A stretch of DNA of 64,000 bases from Myxococcota bacterium (GCA_965228475.1 OZ245817.1:3872001-3936000); one strand, 5' to 3'. Shown: positions 30,570 through 40,099, numbered from the stretch's first letter. Made by a program: numbers and translations. Notes: generated from the sequence alone by a model not told the origin.

Positions 30570-31039
30570 GCCCCCGCGGCGCTCCTGGCCAGGGCCAGCG
30601 CCGCGAGGCCGAACGCCGCGATGGCGAGCGCCGTACGCCCCCAGTGCCACCGCGCCCAGCGGCCGAGCTCCGCACCGACCGCTCCCGTCGGAATCGACGC
30701 CTCGGCGAAGCTCGCGTTGGCCTTCTGGAAATAGAGCGGGAAGCTCGCGAGCACCGCGAGCGTCAGGACCGTCGAGGCGAGGAAGAGACCCTGCCCCTCG
30801 AGACCGGCCAGCCAGCCCGAAACGGTCGCGACGACCACGAGCAGCGTGCTGGCGACCTCGAGCGGGCCGAAGAACTTGAGCAGCAGGCTCGCGTGATCGC
30901 GATACCACGAGAGGAACGCAGCGGGATCCTGGGCTCGCCACATCGGAACCAGAACACCTGCTTCCGCCAGAAGCGCCCCCGCGGAGAGGCCGAGCGCAAG
31001 AACGGCCAGAACCCCCGCGGCGAATGCGATCCACTCCAT
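30566..31039 (-). CDS. DUF1772/anthrone oxygenase-like membrane protein
   Basis: Four TM segments; 'RWARWHWGRT'. Confidence 0.7.
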   Translation of the reverse strand: MEWIAFAAGVLAVLALGLSAGALLAEAGVLVPMWRAQDPAAFLSWYRDHASLLLKFFGPLEVASTLLVVVATVSGWLAGLEGQGLFLASTVLTLAVLASFPLYFQKANASFAEASIPTGAVGAELGRWARWHWGRTALAIAAFGLAALALARSAAGA

Positions 31040-31078
31040 CTCGAGACTCCTATCGCCCCACCCGACGGCGCCGGCCGT

Positions 31079-31471
31079 TCAGGAGGGATCTCCCTCGAAC
31101 TGCTTCGCCCCCTCCGGAATCACGCACCAGGACGGCTTGCTCGCCACGTGCTCGTGGAAGCTGATCTCGACGTCGGCGCCCTCGTCGAAGCAGTTCACGG
31201 ACACGGGGAACATGCGCTCGCTCGAGGTGATCTCACCGAGGGCCGTTCCGCACGTGCCGCAGAAGCAGCGGACGTACCGAAAGGATGCCTCCGGCTGGTA
31301 CTCGACGATGCTCTCGCGCCCCTGCTCCAACGTGAACGCCTCCGCTTCGACCATGGCGAACGGGGTCGCGCCGACCTTACGGCATCGCGAGCAGTAGCAG
31401 GCGCCGACGAAGCGGGGTTCGGCCGAGATCGAGAAGCGGACTTCGCCGCAGCAGCAGCTCCCCTGGATCAT
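31079..31471 (-). CDS. GFA/CENP-V family protein
   Basis: GSCCCG, CYCSRCRK, FCGTCG. Confidence 0.88.
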   Translation of the reverse strand: MIQGSCCCGEVRFSISAEPRFVGACYCSRCRKVGATPFAMVEAEAFTLEQGRESIVEYQPEASFRYVRCFCGTCGTALGEITSSERMFPVSVNCFDEGADVEISFHEHVASKPSWCVIPEGAKQFEGDPS

Positions 31472-31487
31472 TCGAAATCCTCCCGGA

Positions 31488-31874
31488 TCAGCCGACGTCG
31501 CCGGGCAGGCTGGCGAGCACGACGACGTAGCCGTCGGGATCCCGCAGCCAGCACTCCCGGTGGCCCGCGTTGGCGTTGACGTGTGGTTCTTCGACGATCT
31601 CCGCCCGGAGGTCGCGCGCCCGGCCGACGGCCGCGTCGAACGCCTCGGTCTGGAACCAGAGCAATGCGCCGTTTCCGTAGGGCTCCCGCTCGGGGTCGCC
31701 CATGTGGGGGTGCGCCTCGGGCTCCCAGGCGTGGAGCTGCAGAACGATCTCGCCGCCGTGGAGGAGCCGTTCGTAGCCTCTGCCCCCGTGGCCGCTCGAG
31801 CAGCCGAGAACCCGCTGGTACCAGCGGCTGCTCGCTTCGACGTCGCGCACGGCGATGAGCGGTTGAGGACGCAC
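31488..31874 (-). CDS. VOC/glyoxalase family protein
   Basis: V.DVEAS.RWY..VLG, RDPDGY. Confidence 0.88.
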   Translation of the reverse strand: MRPQPLIAVRDVEASSRWYQRVLGCSSGHGGRGYERLLHGGEIVLQLHAWEPEAHPHMGDPEREPYGNGALLWFQTEAFDAAVGRARDLRAEIVEEPHVNANAGHRECWLRDPDGYVVVLASLPGDVG

Positions 31875-31941
31875 GCGAACCCTCCCGAACCGACCTTATC
31901 ACGTCGGGCGCTCCCATCCGGGGGATGCGAAGCTCTGCGGC

Positions 31942-32409
31942 ATGGAACCCCTGGTGATCCGCCTCGCCGAGCCGCCCGAGCTCGAGGCCGCGACGGAAGT
32001 CTGGGTGCGCTCTCGGTGGGACGCGGAACCCGCCCTCGAGGAGCGGATGGGGTACACGCGCGAGCAGAACCACGAGCACTTCGCGAACGTCGTCGCACGC
32101 GAGAACGCGGTCTGGCTCGCGCTCCGCGCTGGCCGGATCGTCGGGCTCATGGCCTACCGGGATGGCCTCGTCGACCAGCTCTTCGTCGAACCGCGCGACC
32201 AGCGGACGGGCGTCGGGCTCGCGCTCCTCGAAAGAGCGAAGGCGCTCTCGCCGAAAGGGCTGAAGCTCTACACCCACCAGAGCAACGTCCGCGCGCGCGC
32301 CTTCTACGAGAGCCAGGGCTTCGAAGCGATCGCGTTCGGAATCAGCCCGCCGCCCGAGAACGAGCCGGACGTCACCTATGCCTGGGCACCCGGCGCGCCG
32401 GCGCGTTAG
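31942..32409 (+). CDS. GNAT acetyltransferase
   Basis: LFVEP..QRTGVG, N.RA.AFYE..GF. Confidence 0.88.
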   Translation: MEPLVIRLAEPPELEAATEVWVRSRWDAEPALEERMGYTREQNHEHFANVVARENAVWLALRAGRIVGLMAYRDGLVDQLFVEPRDQRTGVGLALLERAKALSPKGLKLYTHQSNVRARAFYESQGFEAIAFGISPPPENEPDVTYAWAPGAPAR

Positions 32410-32693
32410 CGGGCGCTCGGCCCCGGCGAGCCGAAGCGCCGAGCGGCGCGCTCACGGGCCTTCGCGGCCTCGACTTCCCGGTTGCGCGGTGCGGCTTCGG
32501 TGACGAGGGAATCGAGCAGCTCGTGCGCCACCTCGGACACCGAGGCGATGGCCTTCTCGAAGGCGGCCTGGTTCGCCCGGGAGGGCCTGTTGAACCCGCT
32601 GAGCTTGCGGACGAACTGGAGCGATGCGGCGTGGATCTCGTCCTCGGTGGCCGGCGGATCGAAGTTGTAGAGCGTCTTGATGTTGCGGCACAT
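32406..32693 (-). CDS. DUF2277 family protein
   Basis: MCRNIKTLYNFDPPAT..EI.AASLQFVRK. Confidence 0.9.
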   Translation of the reverse strand: MCRNIKTLYNFDPPATEDEIHAASLQFVRKLSGFNRPSRANQAAFEKAIASVSEVAHELLDSLVTEAAPRNREVEAAKARERAARRFGSPGPSAR

Positions 32694-32721
32694 GGGGGCA
32701 CCTCGCGTGGCTTCGGCGATT

Positions 32722-33456
32722 CTACCGCTGGAGGATCAGGCACGTGTAGCCGTACTCGTCGCCGAAGGTCTCGTAGATCTCCCGTTCGAGCCGGCTCGCG
32801 GCGTAGATCTCGCGCTCGCCGTGCCGGGCGACGGCGTCGCGCAGCGAGGCCTCGAGGCCCGCGTAGTACGCGTGCCAGTCGCTCGAAGGCAGGCGGAACG
32901 AGCCGAGCTGGTCGTAGCCGACGCTTCGCGCAAGGTCGAAGCGGGTGGCTTCGTCGCGCATGTCCGGGTACTCCGCCGCGAAGAACCGGCGCGCCCGCTC
33001 GCTCGGCTCCTCGACGAACCACACGAGCTCGGTCGCCACGAGGCAGCCGCCGGGCCGCAGGAGGGGCCGCCACCGCCGCAGCGCGTTCTCGAAGCCGATC
33101 GAGTACGCGCTGCCCTCGGCCCACAGCAGATCGAACCCCGTGCCGAAGGAATCGACGTCCGCCATGTCGGCGGCGAGCGTCGTGATGCGGCTGGCCAGGC
33201 CGCGCGCCTCGGCCTGCGCCCGAAGCGTCTCGAGGAACGGCGGGTGGAGGTCGACGGCGGTGACGTGGGCGCCGGTCTCCTCGGCCAGGACGAGCGTCGA
33301 CCCTCCGGTGCCACAGCCCAGGTCGAGCACGCGCTCGATGCCAAGCGAGTCCGGCAACGAACGAAGCGCGCGCCGCGTGGTCTCGACGCTCCCCGGGCCC
33401 TGCCGCGGAGTGCTCTCGTACAGCTCGAAGAAGAGCGCCAGTTCGTCGGGCTTCAC
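32722..33456 (-). CDS. Class I SAM-dependent methyltransferase
   Basis: RQGPGS, LDLGCGTG, FDLLWAEG. Confidence 0.88.
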   Translation of the reverse strand: MKPDELALFFELYESTPRQGPGSVETTRRALRSLPDSLGIERVLDLGCGTGGSTLVLAEETGAHVTAVDLHPPFLETLRAQAEARGLASRITTLAADMADVDSFGTGFDLLWAEGSAYSIGFENALRRWRPLLRPGGCLVATELVWFVEEPSERARRFFAAEYPDMRDEATRFDLARSVGYDQLGSFRLPSSDWHAYYAGLEASLRDAVARHGEREIYAASRLEREIYETFGDEYGYTCLILQR

Positions 33457-33836
33457 GGCTTCCCCCTCAGGAGGCCGGAGCGGGCGGCGAGGCAGGCCAC
33501 ACCACAGGCCGCCGCCGCGACGATCAGCAACCGGGAGAGCGACCCATGGAACGTGTAGAGCGGGTCCGAGGACAGCGCGAAGTGGAGCACGGCATGAACG
33601 ATCAGGAAGAAAGCGACCCCCAGCCGCGTCGCGTTTCGGACGCCCTCCTTCGGCGCGTGGCTCATCCACAGGATCGCGAAGAAGAGCGGCACGTGGAGCC
33701 CGACGAACCACTGCGACGCGGCGTCGTCCGGCAGGCTCTTCAGCAAGGGCATCAACCGCCACTCCGAATGCGTGACCGCATCGAGCTCGTGCGTGAAGAG
33801 GCAGGCGAGGCCGAGGTAGTAGAGTGCGATCGCCAC
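33453..33836 (-). CDS. DUF6713-like membrane protein
   Basis: 'THELDAV...EWR', 'F..LHVPL', 'HAVLH'. Confidence 0.65.
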   Translation of the reverse strand: MAIALYYLGLACLFTHELDAVTHSEWRLMPLLKSLPDDAASQWFVGLHVPLFFAILWMSHAPKEGVRNATRLGVAFFLIVHAVLHFALSSDPLYTFHGSLSRLLIVAAAACGVACLAARSGLLRGKP

Positions 33837-33846
33837 GATGCGAACC

Positions 33847-33880
33847 CCCTGACGGGACCGGCCCTTGGTGGCGGCGCCGG
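33847..33880 (-). repeat. Possible eroded attC arm (R' side)
   Basis: CCCTGACGGGACCGGCCCTTGGTGGCGGCGCCG loosely resembles CCTAACGGATCAGGCCTTCAGCAGCGCCG of the intact sites. Confidence 0.3.
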
Positions 33881-33888
33881 GTGCGGCT

Positions 33889-34299
33889 TCACCGCTTCGT
33901 GTCGAGGACGCGAACGAGATGGCGGAACAGGCCCTTCGAATACCAGACCGATTTCACGCGGGCGAAGGCATCGAGCGCGGGGTCGTGCTCCTCCGGGATC
34001 TCCTGCTTCGGCAGGAAGACGCCCCGGCACTTGGTGCAGCGCAGCACCGAGAGCCCACCCACCTCGCCGGAGACCAGCGTGTCCGCCCGGCACTGGGGGC
34101 ACGCTGCGCAAGGCTCCGAGAGCTCCTTGAAGCCGAGGGCCGGAGCCTGGCCACCGGCGGAACGCGCCTGGGCCGAGCGGAACGCCGTCATCTCGCCTTC
34201 GTCGAACCAGATCCCCTCGCAGGACTCGCACTGGTCGAGGTAGACGCCGAGCGCCCGCACGGGCTTCAGGTGGTGGTCGGAGCAGGAAGGGCAGTCCAT
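33889..34299 (-). CDS. Double zf-TFIIB zinc-ribbon protein
   Basis: CPSC..CESCEGIWFD.GE; CPQC..CTKCRGVFL. Confidence 0.82.
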   Translation of the reverse strand: MDCPSCSDHHLKPVRALGVYLDQCESCEGIWFDEGEMTAFRSAQARSAGGQAPALGFKELSEPCAACPQCRADTLVSGEVGGLSVLRCTKCRGVFLPKQEIPEEHDPALDAFARVKSVWYSKGLFRHLVRVLDTKR

Positions 34300-34311
34300 C
34301 GGGTCGAAACT

Positions 34312-34445
34312 ACCTGGCGATGCGGGCCTTCGGCAAAGCTCCGAGCGCTGCCTCTCAGCGCTGGCCCCGCCGTGCCCGCTGCAAAATCCTACCACGCTGA
34401 TCTGAACCCGAGTACAGGGCGCCCGCCCTTTGCCTCGCCGCCCTG
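34312..34445 (-). repeat. Degenerate family-A attC remnant
   Basis: 'gggccttcggc..gcgctgcctctcagcgctg..aatcctaccacgc' aligns by eye with the 42282 and 44497 sites; right end approximate. Confidence 0.6.
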
Positions 34446-34453
34446 CCCGCGCG

Positions 34454-34666
34454 CTAGCGGGGCTGGAGCGGCGCTGCGGACGACGCGTGGGAGGTCAGGC
34501 AGTACCGGCCGAGGGTCGCGGCCGTGGTGACGCTGCCGACCGCTGCGAACACCGCCAGGAGCGCGATCGCCGCCGCGCGCATCGGCCACGGGAGCCGGCG
34601 GGGCCGCGCGGTGAACGAGCTCGGGTACTCGACGATCCCGACCGGGTTGACGCGAGGAAGTTCCAT
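34454..34666 (-). CDS. Small single-TM hypothetical protein
   Basis: 70-aa ORF with one hydrophobic helix. Confidence 0.45.
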   Translation of the reverse strand: MELPRVNPVGIVEYPSSFTARPRRLPWPMRAAAIALLAVFAAVGSVTTAATLGRYCLTSHASSAAPLQPR

Positions 34667-34736
34667 GGCAGTTGGATGCCCGAGGCCACGGCTCCGTTTC
34701 GCGGCGTCGAGCGGCCGGGGAACACGCGCTCGCCCT

Positions 34737-35207
34737 TCAGGGGCTCTCTTCAGTACGCGCGAGGGCGAGCCGCTCGTCGACCACCGCGGCGAATCCGGGG
34801 TCGAAGGCACCGCGCTGCCGCGTCCACCAGGACCGCGTGGCCGGCATCAGGAAGGCCTGGTCGATGTCCGAGAGGTACTTCTCGCCCATGAACGAATCCA
34901 CCTCACGGGCCAGGTAGCCGAGGTGGATCCGGTTGAAGAAGGCGAAGCACAGCATCCCGAAGTGTTCGCGATCGTCCTCGGTCATCTCATCGGGGGACTG
35001 CATCGCGCGGCGCCAAACCCGGTAGAGCTCCGGGTTGGTCTGCACCTGCTCGAAGATCCCCCGGATCCCGGCCACGTAGTTCTCGTGCAGCGTGAAGCGC
35101 ACCACGTGGCTGTTCTGACGGATCTGCACGGCCAGATAGACCAGCGACCCGATCACGCCGATCGCACCGGCCAGCTCGGCGAGGGCCCCCACTGCATCCC
35201 AGTTCAT
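34737..35207 (-). CDS. Hypothetical protein with N-terminal TM (MNWDA.GA..E family)
   Basis: MNWDAVGALAELAGAIGVIGSLVYLAVQIRQN; TGGTAGGAT motif 7 nt upstream. Confidence 0.7.
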   Translation of the reverse strand: MNWDAVGALAELAGAIGVIGSLVYLAVQIRQNSHVVRFTLHENYVAGIRGIFEQVQTNPELYRVWRRAMQSPDEMTEDDREHFGMLCFAFFNRIHLGYLAREVDSFMGEKYLSDIDQAFLMPATRSWWTRQRGAFDPGFAAVVDERLALARTEESP

Positions 35208-35244
35208 GCGGAGGATCCTACCACGGCGTTTCGGGCGACCGGCG

Positions 35245-35622
35245 TCAGGCGGGGGCCGAGAAGCACAGGATGTACCCGTCCGGGTCCTCGACATAGAAGT
35301 CGCGGCGGCCCCAGGGCCGGACCTCGACGCGGCGCAGGATCCGCGCGCCTCGCCCGACGAACTCGTCGCACAGCGCGTCGACGCCGGTTGTGTCGAAGTA
35401 GACGTCGAGATGCTCGTGCTCCCTCCGATGCTCCCGGTCGGCGGTGAGCTTCCGCGCCTGCTTCAGATGGACCGTCCCGCCCTCTCGCGTCACGCTCGCG
35501 TAGAACTCTTCGTAGACGAAATCCACCGAGAACCCGAGCACATCCTCGTAGAAGCGCAGCGATCGGCCGAGGTCATCGACGAGGAGCTGGGCTGCCGCGG
35601 TAGTGATCCTCGGATCAGACAT
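35245..35622 (-). CDS. VOC/glyoxalase family protein
   Basis: RSLRFYEDVLGF, PWGRRDFYVEDPDGY. Confidence 0.88.
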   Translation of the reverse strand: MSDPRITTAAAQLLVDDLGRSLRFYEDVLGFSVDFVYEEFYASVTREGGTVHLKQARKLTADREHRREHEHLDVYFDTTGVDALCDEFVGRGARILRRVEVRPWGRRDFYVEDPDGYILCFSAPA

Positions 35623-35648
35623 CTGGCATCGACTCCGTCAGAGCAACG

Positions 35649-36386
35649 CTAACTCGCGCCACGGTAGACCGAGATCTCCACCGCATCTGGCAGATCGCTG
35701 TACTCGATGCGGGCGGTGCGGTGCTCGGAATCGTAGCGCCCGCAGGTGCGGACGTACTCGAGGTACGGCTCGGCGCCGAACATCTCGCCGACGTTGTCGG
35801 CCACCACGATGCTCCCCTCGCGCAGGAGCCCGCGCTCCTCGAGGAGCCGGAGGTCCTTCTCGTAGAGATCCTTCCAGTGGTCGAGGAAGACGAGATCGAA
35901 GGTGCCCTCGAGCGTTCCGATGACCTTCGACGAGGACCCTTCGAGGATCTCGACCCGGCCGGCGTATCCCGCGTAGGCGACGTTCGCGCGAGAAGCACGG
36001 ACCGAATCCGCGTTCACCTCGATCGAAGTGAGCCGGCCCTCCGGCCCGAGCTCGCCGGCGATCATGATTGCGGAGTAGCCGCAGTACGCCCCGAGCTCGA
36101 GCACCCGCGCGTTCGCCGGAAGGCGCCCGATCAGCTCCGCCATGAGCGGCCCCTTCTCCGGCCCGACATTCATGAGGAACCGCCGCTCACGAGCGAACCG
36201 ATCCATCGCCCGCAGCACGCCCTCCGGGTCGCCCTCCTCCGCGTTCTCCTCGACGAACCGGCGAACCTGCTCGACCCGCGGCGGCGCGCCGGTCACGAGA
36301 TCCGCCACGAACTCATATGCGCGGCGGGCCGTCCACGGGAGGGCTTTCGGGGAAAGGAAACGGGCGAGGTTCAGAAGCTGTGCCAT
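35649..36386 (-). CDS. Catechol O-methyltransferase-like protein
   Basis: MNVGPEKG, LELGAYCGYS, FLDHWK, VADNV. Confidence 0.88.
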   Translation of the reverse strand: MAQLLNLARFLSPKALPWTARRAYEFVADLVTGAPPRVEQVRRFVEENAEEGDPEGVLRAMDRFARERRFLMNVGPEKGPLMAELIGRLPANARVLELGAYCGYSAIMIAGELGPEGRLTSIEVNADSVRASRANVAYAGYAGRVEILEGSSSKVIGTLEGTFDLVFLDHWKDLYEKDLRLLEERGLLREGSIVVADNVGEMFGAEPYLEYVRTCGRYDSEHRTARIEYSDLPDAVEISVYRGAS

Positions 36387-38011
36387 GGGTGCACCTCGCT
36401 GGCTGCAAGAGCGCGGTCGGGTCAGGAAGACACGGAAACCCTACCACGACACGCAGGATCCAAGTCGACGTCGCCCGCTGTTGCATTCCTCGCCGGCCAC
36501 CTTCGGAAGAGGGCGTCTTCCCGGGAGCTTCGTGTGATAGTTTGATCAACCGTGCGGCACCTCATCGCAAGCCTCGTGTGCCTCTTCCTCGTACCCGACC
36601 TCGGGCAGAACAGGCCCGTGTGGCCCTCAGCCGAAGCGGCCCCGGCATCGACTCCGAACGCTCGTGAGGCTCCCGAGGTATTGGAGCTCCGAGCCGGCGT
36701 AGACGCCGGCGACCCCTCTGCAATGTTGAAGCTCGCGCTGCATCTACTGAAGGGGAACCCATCGCAGCAGGCCGAGGGATTCTCTCTTCTCGAAGCCGCA
36801 GCGCAATCTGGATTGGCGCCGGCCCAGCTTCTGCTGGGAGAGCTGCACATCCTGGGGCGTGCGCCGAGCGCGGAGCCCGAGCAGGCGTTCCGCTGGATGC
36901 GAAGGGCCGCCGATCAGGGCCTCGTCGAGGCCGAGTTCCAGATGGGCCAGATGTACTACCAGGGCTTCGGAACCTCGCAGGACCGCGCCGCCTCGGTCGA
37001 GTGGTATCGGAAGGCCGCCGCGCGCGGCCATGCTGGAGCGACGAATGCTCTCGGCGTGCTCCTATCCACCGACGAGGTATTCATCAAGGATCGGACAGAG
37101 GCCGCACGCTTGTACAGAGTCGCGGCCGAGTCCGGGGATGCCGTCGGCCAGTTCAACCTGGCGAAGCGGCTCGCCGACGGCGACGGCGTGAAGAAGGACC
37201 CTGCGCGCGCCACCTACTGGTTTCACCAGGCGGCTCAGCGGGGCCATGTCGCCGCCCAGTACGACCTGGGCCTCCGCTACCTCGACGGGATTGGAACGAC
37301 CCAAGATGTCGAGGAGGGTCGGTCTTGGCTCGAGCGCGCCGGCGACGCGGGCTTCGGGCCGGCGTATCGCGCCATCGCATACCGACTTCTGGCGTCACCA
37401 GCGACCCGCGCGAGCGCGGCCGAGTGGTTCGAACGCGGGGCCGAAGCGGGCGACGCACACTCGCAGATCGCCGTCGTCGAAGCACGGATCCGGGGAGAGA
37501 TCGAGCCTGAAGACCCCGCCGACGATCTACGGAAGATCTTGGCCCTTGCCGATGCGGGCGACCTCTCCGCCATGATCACGATGTCCATGGCCCACTACAA
37601 AGGCTACGGCGTCACCCAGGACCCACTGTCAGCATTCTCTTGGGCGCAGCGCGCAGCACTCGGTGGCCTCGCCCGCGGAGAGTCGATGCTTGGGATGTAC
37701 TACGGGAAGGGAATTGGCGTCCAAGCCGATCCGAAGAAGGCAGTCGAGTGGTACCGCAAGGCCGCTGCCCAGGGGGAGCCCAACGCCCAGTACTCACTTG
37801 GGGTTCACCACCTTCTCGGGAAACACGTCCGCAAGAACCCCAAGAGAGGCATCGCGTTGCTGGAGGCGGCAGCGAAGCAAGGCAACGCCGAGGCGGCCGC
37901 GGTGCTGGAGAAGCTGAGGCGGCGCCAGCGCTCCGGCGCCGCACGCTAAGGCCGGTTCTCCGCTAGCAGAGTCGGAACTTCAAGAGAAACGGGCGAGGTT
38001 CAGGAGCTGTG
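36357..38011. repeat. 26-bp direct repeat pair (36357-36382 and 37986-38011) bracketing the Sel1 gene
   Basis: GAAACGGGCGAGGTTCAG(A/G)AGCTGTG, 25/26 identical. Confidence 0.85.
36552..37949 (+). CDS. Exported Sel1-like repeat protein
   Basis: Repeated W..KAA.QG...AQ..LG..Y..G.G units; N-terminal signal. Confidence 0.9.
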   Translation: MRHLIASLVCLFLVPDLGQNRPVWPSAEAAPASTPNAREAPEVLELRAGVDAGDPSAMLKLALHLLKGNPSQQAEGFSLLEAAAQSGLAPAQLLLGELHILGRAPSAEPEQAFRWMRRAADQGLVEAEFQMGQMYYQGFGTSQDRAASVEWYRKAAARGHAGATNALGVLLSTDEVFIKDRTEAARLYRVAAESGDAVGQFNLAKRLADGDGVKKDPARATYWFHQAAQRGHVAAQYDLGLRYLDGIGTTQDVEEGRSWLERAGDAGFGPAYRAIAYRLLASPATRASAAEWFERGAEAGDAHSQIAVVEARIRGEIEPEDPADDLRKILALADAGDLSAMITMSMAHYKGYGVTQDPLSAFSWAQRAALGGLARGESMLGMYYGKGIGVQADPKKAVEWYRKAAAQGEPNAQYSLGVHHLLGKHVRKNPKRGIALLEAAAKQGNAEAAAVLEKLRRRQRSGAAR

Positions 38012-38042
38012 TCGAGGCTTCACGCTCTGCCTTCGGAGCAGG

Positions 38043-38504
38043 TTAGACACCGTAGTAGCCCAGGAGGAGACCGTTGAGCCAGCGGCCGAACAGGAAGCCC
38101 ACGGCCACCAAGCCGAGATTGAGCAACGCGTAGCTCGCGCGCGCCCACCCGGGCGGCACGGCGCGGGCCGATACCAGGGTCGCGAGGGCGAAGAAGAACC
38201 ATGCCCCGGTGCAGACGAGAAGCGGCTTCCCGAGAAGAAACATCAGAGGCAGGTCGTGGAAGACCAGACCAGAGGAGAGAAAGGTGATCACGACGGCCAG
38301 CGGCCGATTCTCGCGGCCGCCGAGCGTCCGATAGAGACGATGAAGCACGAATCCGGCGAGAGGACTCCACGTGCGCCAGAAGTTGTGGAACCCCGGCTCG
38401 AACCAACAGTCGACGAACATGCGCCGGATCACCCGAAGAGGAGGCATCGAGGCGGGGTAGCCCCGAGCCTCGAGGTATTCCTGGTAGGACGGCGCGGAGG
38501 TCAT
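38043..38504 (-). CDS. MBOAT-like small membrane protein (cassette-like)
   Basis: 'FHNFWRTWS', 'TFLSSGLVFHD'; stop lies in an R''-like GTCTAAC. Confidence 0.55.
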   Translation of the reverse strand: MTSAPSYQEYLEARGYPASMPPLRVIRRMFVDCWFEPGFHNFWRTWSPLAGFVLHRLYRTLGGRENRPLAVVITFLSSGLVFHDLPLMFLLGKPLLVCTGAWFFFALATLVSARAVPPGWARASYALLNLGLVAVGFLFGRWLNGLLLGYYGV

Positions 38505-38530
38505 CGAGAACTCGCTCGGCTCGGCGGCAG

Positions 38531-38893
38531 CTAGTGAGCGGCCGAGACTTCGTCCAGATAGAAGACGTTCCCGTCCGGATCGGCGAAGAGCGCCAGGTAC
38601 CCGCCCCACGGCTGACGGGTAGGCGGCATCGGAAAGGCAACGCCGGCCGACGAGAGACGTTCGAACTCGGCATCGAGGTCAGCGACCGCGAACCCGACGC
38701 CGGTGTGGCGACCCACCCAATCCGCCTGCTCCGCCCCCGCCACCGCCAGCCCCAGGTGCACGGGCCCCGCAGAAAGAGAGGCGTAACCGTGCCCCGTATC
38801 CGAGTGGGCAACCCGCAGGCCGAGCTTCGACTCGTAGAACCGGAGCGCCCGGTCGAGATCCGAGACGAAGACGTTGACGTAGGCGATCTTCAT
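38531..38893 (-). CDS. VOC/glyoxalase family protein
   Basis: VSDLDRALRFYESKLG, PWGG....FADPDGN; SD AGGAG. Confidence 0.88.
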   Translation of the reverse strand: MKIAYVNVFVSDLDRALRFYESKLGLRVAHSDTGHGYASLSAGPVHLGLAVAGAEQADWVGRHTGVGFAVADLDAEFERLSSAGVAFPMPPTRQPWGGYLALFADPDGNVFYLDEVSAAH

Positions 38894-38917
38894 GTCCGGC
38901 TCCTGTGATCTGCACCA

Positions 38918-39007
38918 CCAGCGCCGCGCCACTTTGTCCAACGCCAGAACTCTACCACCCGGCGTTCGGGCACGACGCCTGGCCCCTGCTGATAGCCATT
39001 GCTAGGC
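38918..39007 (-). repeat. Partial family-A attC (R'' arm and loop kept, R' arm lost)
   Basis: acgccagaactctaccac...cctgctgatagccattgctaggc resembles the 42350-42415 segment. Confidence 0.7.
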
Positions 39008-39307
39008 AGCCGGACTCTCCGGCTCCGAACCCGCGAAACGACGAACCTGGCGAAGAACCCAGCGACCATCGGAAATGAGGTAGCGACCCAAGAAGAAGAG
39101 CAAGGCGCACTTCACCGCGTTGAATGCGAGGGACGCAAGCATCTGGGAGAGTGGAGTGACCCCAGGGTGACTCTCCGGAGATGCCACAGCGGCATAGGCG
39201 ATGCTGGGCAACCACGCGACGGCGTTGACCGCAGAAAACGCAGCCTGGAGCCAGGCGTAGAGGCCCAGGACTCGTATCGCGACCTCGAGATAGTCATTGC
39301 GAGTCAA
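39002..39307 (-). CDS. Small membrane protein (cassette)
   Basis: Two hydrophobic helices; stop TAG inside R''; TTG start inferred. Confidence 0.55.
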   Translation of the reverse strand: MTRNDYLEVAIRVLGLYAWLQAAFSAVNAVAWLPSIAYAAVASPESHPGVTPLSQMLASLAFNAVKCALLFFLGRYLISDGRWVLRQVRRFAGSEPESPAA

Positions 39308-39410
39308 TGGATCTTCCCGCCGGGCCGTCTTCGGCTTGCTGCAATCCACCGCTGCGCCACCGAGACGCGCCAACAGAATGGTATCACGGCGCAACGGAAC
39401 CCATGCGATC

Positions 39411-39935
39411 TCAGCGACGGAGCCTGAAGTGCCCCTCCCGGAGGCCCGACTCTGCGGCACGCAGCACCTCCTCTTCGCTTCGACCAAGTGTGCTGATGAC
39501 ATGCGACTCGTACTCGCCCAGCTCCGCGAAGGCGGCGACCGTCGGCCGCACTCGAGCACTCGCACCGACCCCCTGGCGCTCTCGAACCCGACGTAGCGCC
39601 TCTGCCTCAGGGACGCGGAGCACCAGGTATGACGCGTCGATATCAGGGGGTAGCTCCGCCATGACTACGGGGAGAAACCACGGGCCGAAGATGCCGTCCA
39701 GCACGACCAGATACCCACCCTCGAGAAATGCACTTGCCGCCCTCGCGGTCGCGCGGACGATCGTAGTGTTCTGGGCGTGAGATTCGGGCTTCGTTGGCTC
39801 GATGAAATGAGCTGGGAAGCCATAGAACGTGTCGCCAGTGAGATGCAGTCCTTGCGGGTGGGCCTTTGAAATCGATGCGGAGAGTGTCGTCTTGCCGGCG
39901 CCGGGGCAGCCCGACACGATGATGAGGGAAGCCAT
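39411..39935 (-). CDS. P-loop kinase/AAA_33-like protein
   Basis: Walker A GCPGAGKT; VVLDG. Confidence 0.8.
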   Translation of the reverse strand: MASLIIVSGCPGAGKTTLSASISKAHPQGLHLTGDTFYGFPAHFIEPTKPESHAQNTTIVRATARAASAFLEGGYLVVLDGIFGPWFLPVVMAELPPDIDASYLVLRVPEAEALRRVRERQGVGASARVRPTVAAFAELGEYESHVISTLGRSEEEVLRAAESGLREGHFRLRR

Positions 39936-40024
39936 TCGTACCTCGGGTCTGGAGTACGGGTCAGGTCGAGCGAGATGAAGGACCTGGCTTCCTAGTTCAT
40001 TGTCGGCTCTCGGTTCGCTTCGTC

Positions 40025-40099
40025 ACCCAAGCGGGAATCCAGAAGTCTACCAAGCAGGAGTGCAGACGCGGTGGTCGTCAGCTGCAACCCTTGTCAGGC
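40025..40099 (-). repeat. Partial family-B attC (R'' arm and loop kept)
   Basis: ccagaagtctacca...gtcagctgcaacccttgtcaggcggc resembles 45804-45867. Confidence 0.7.
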
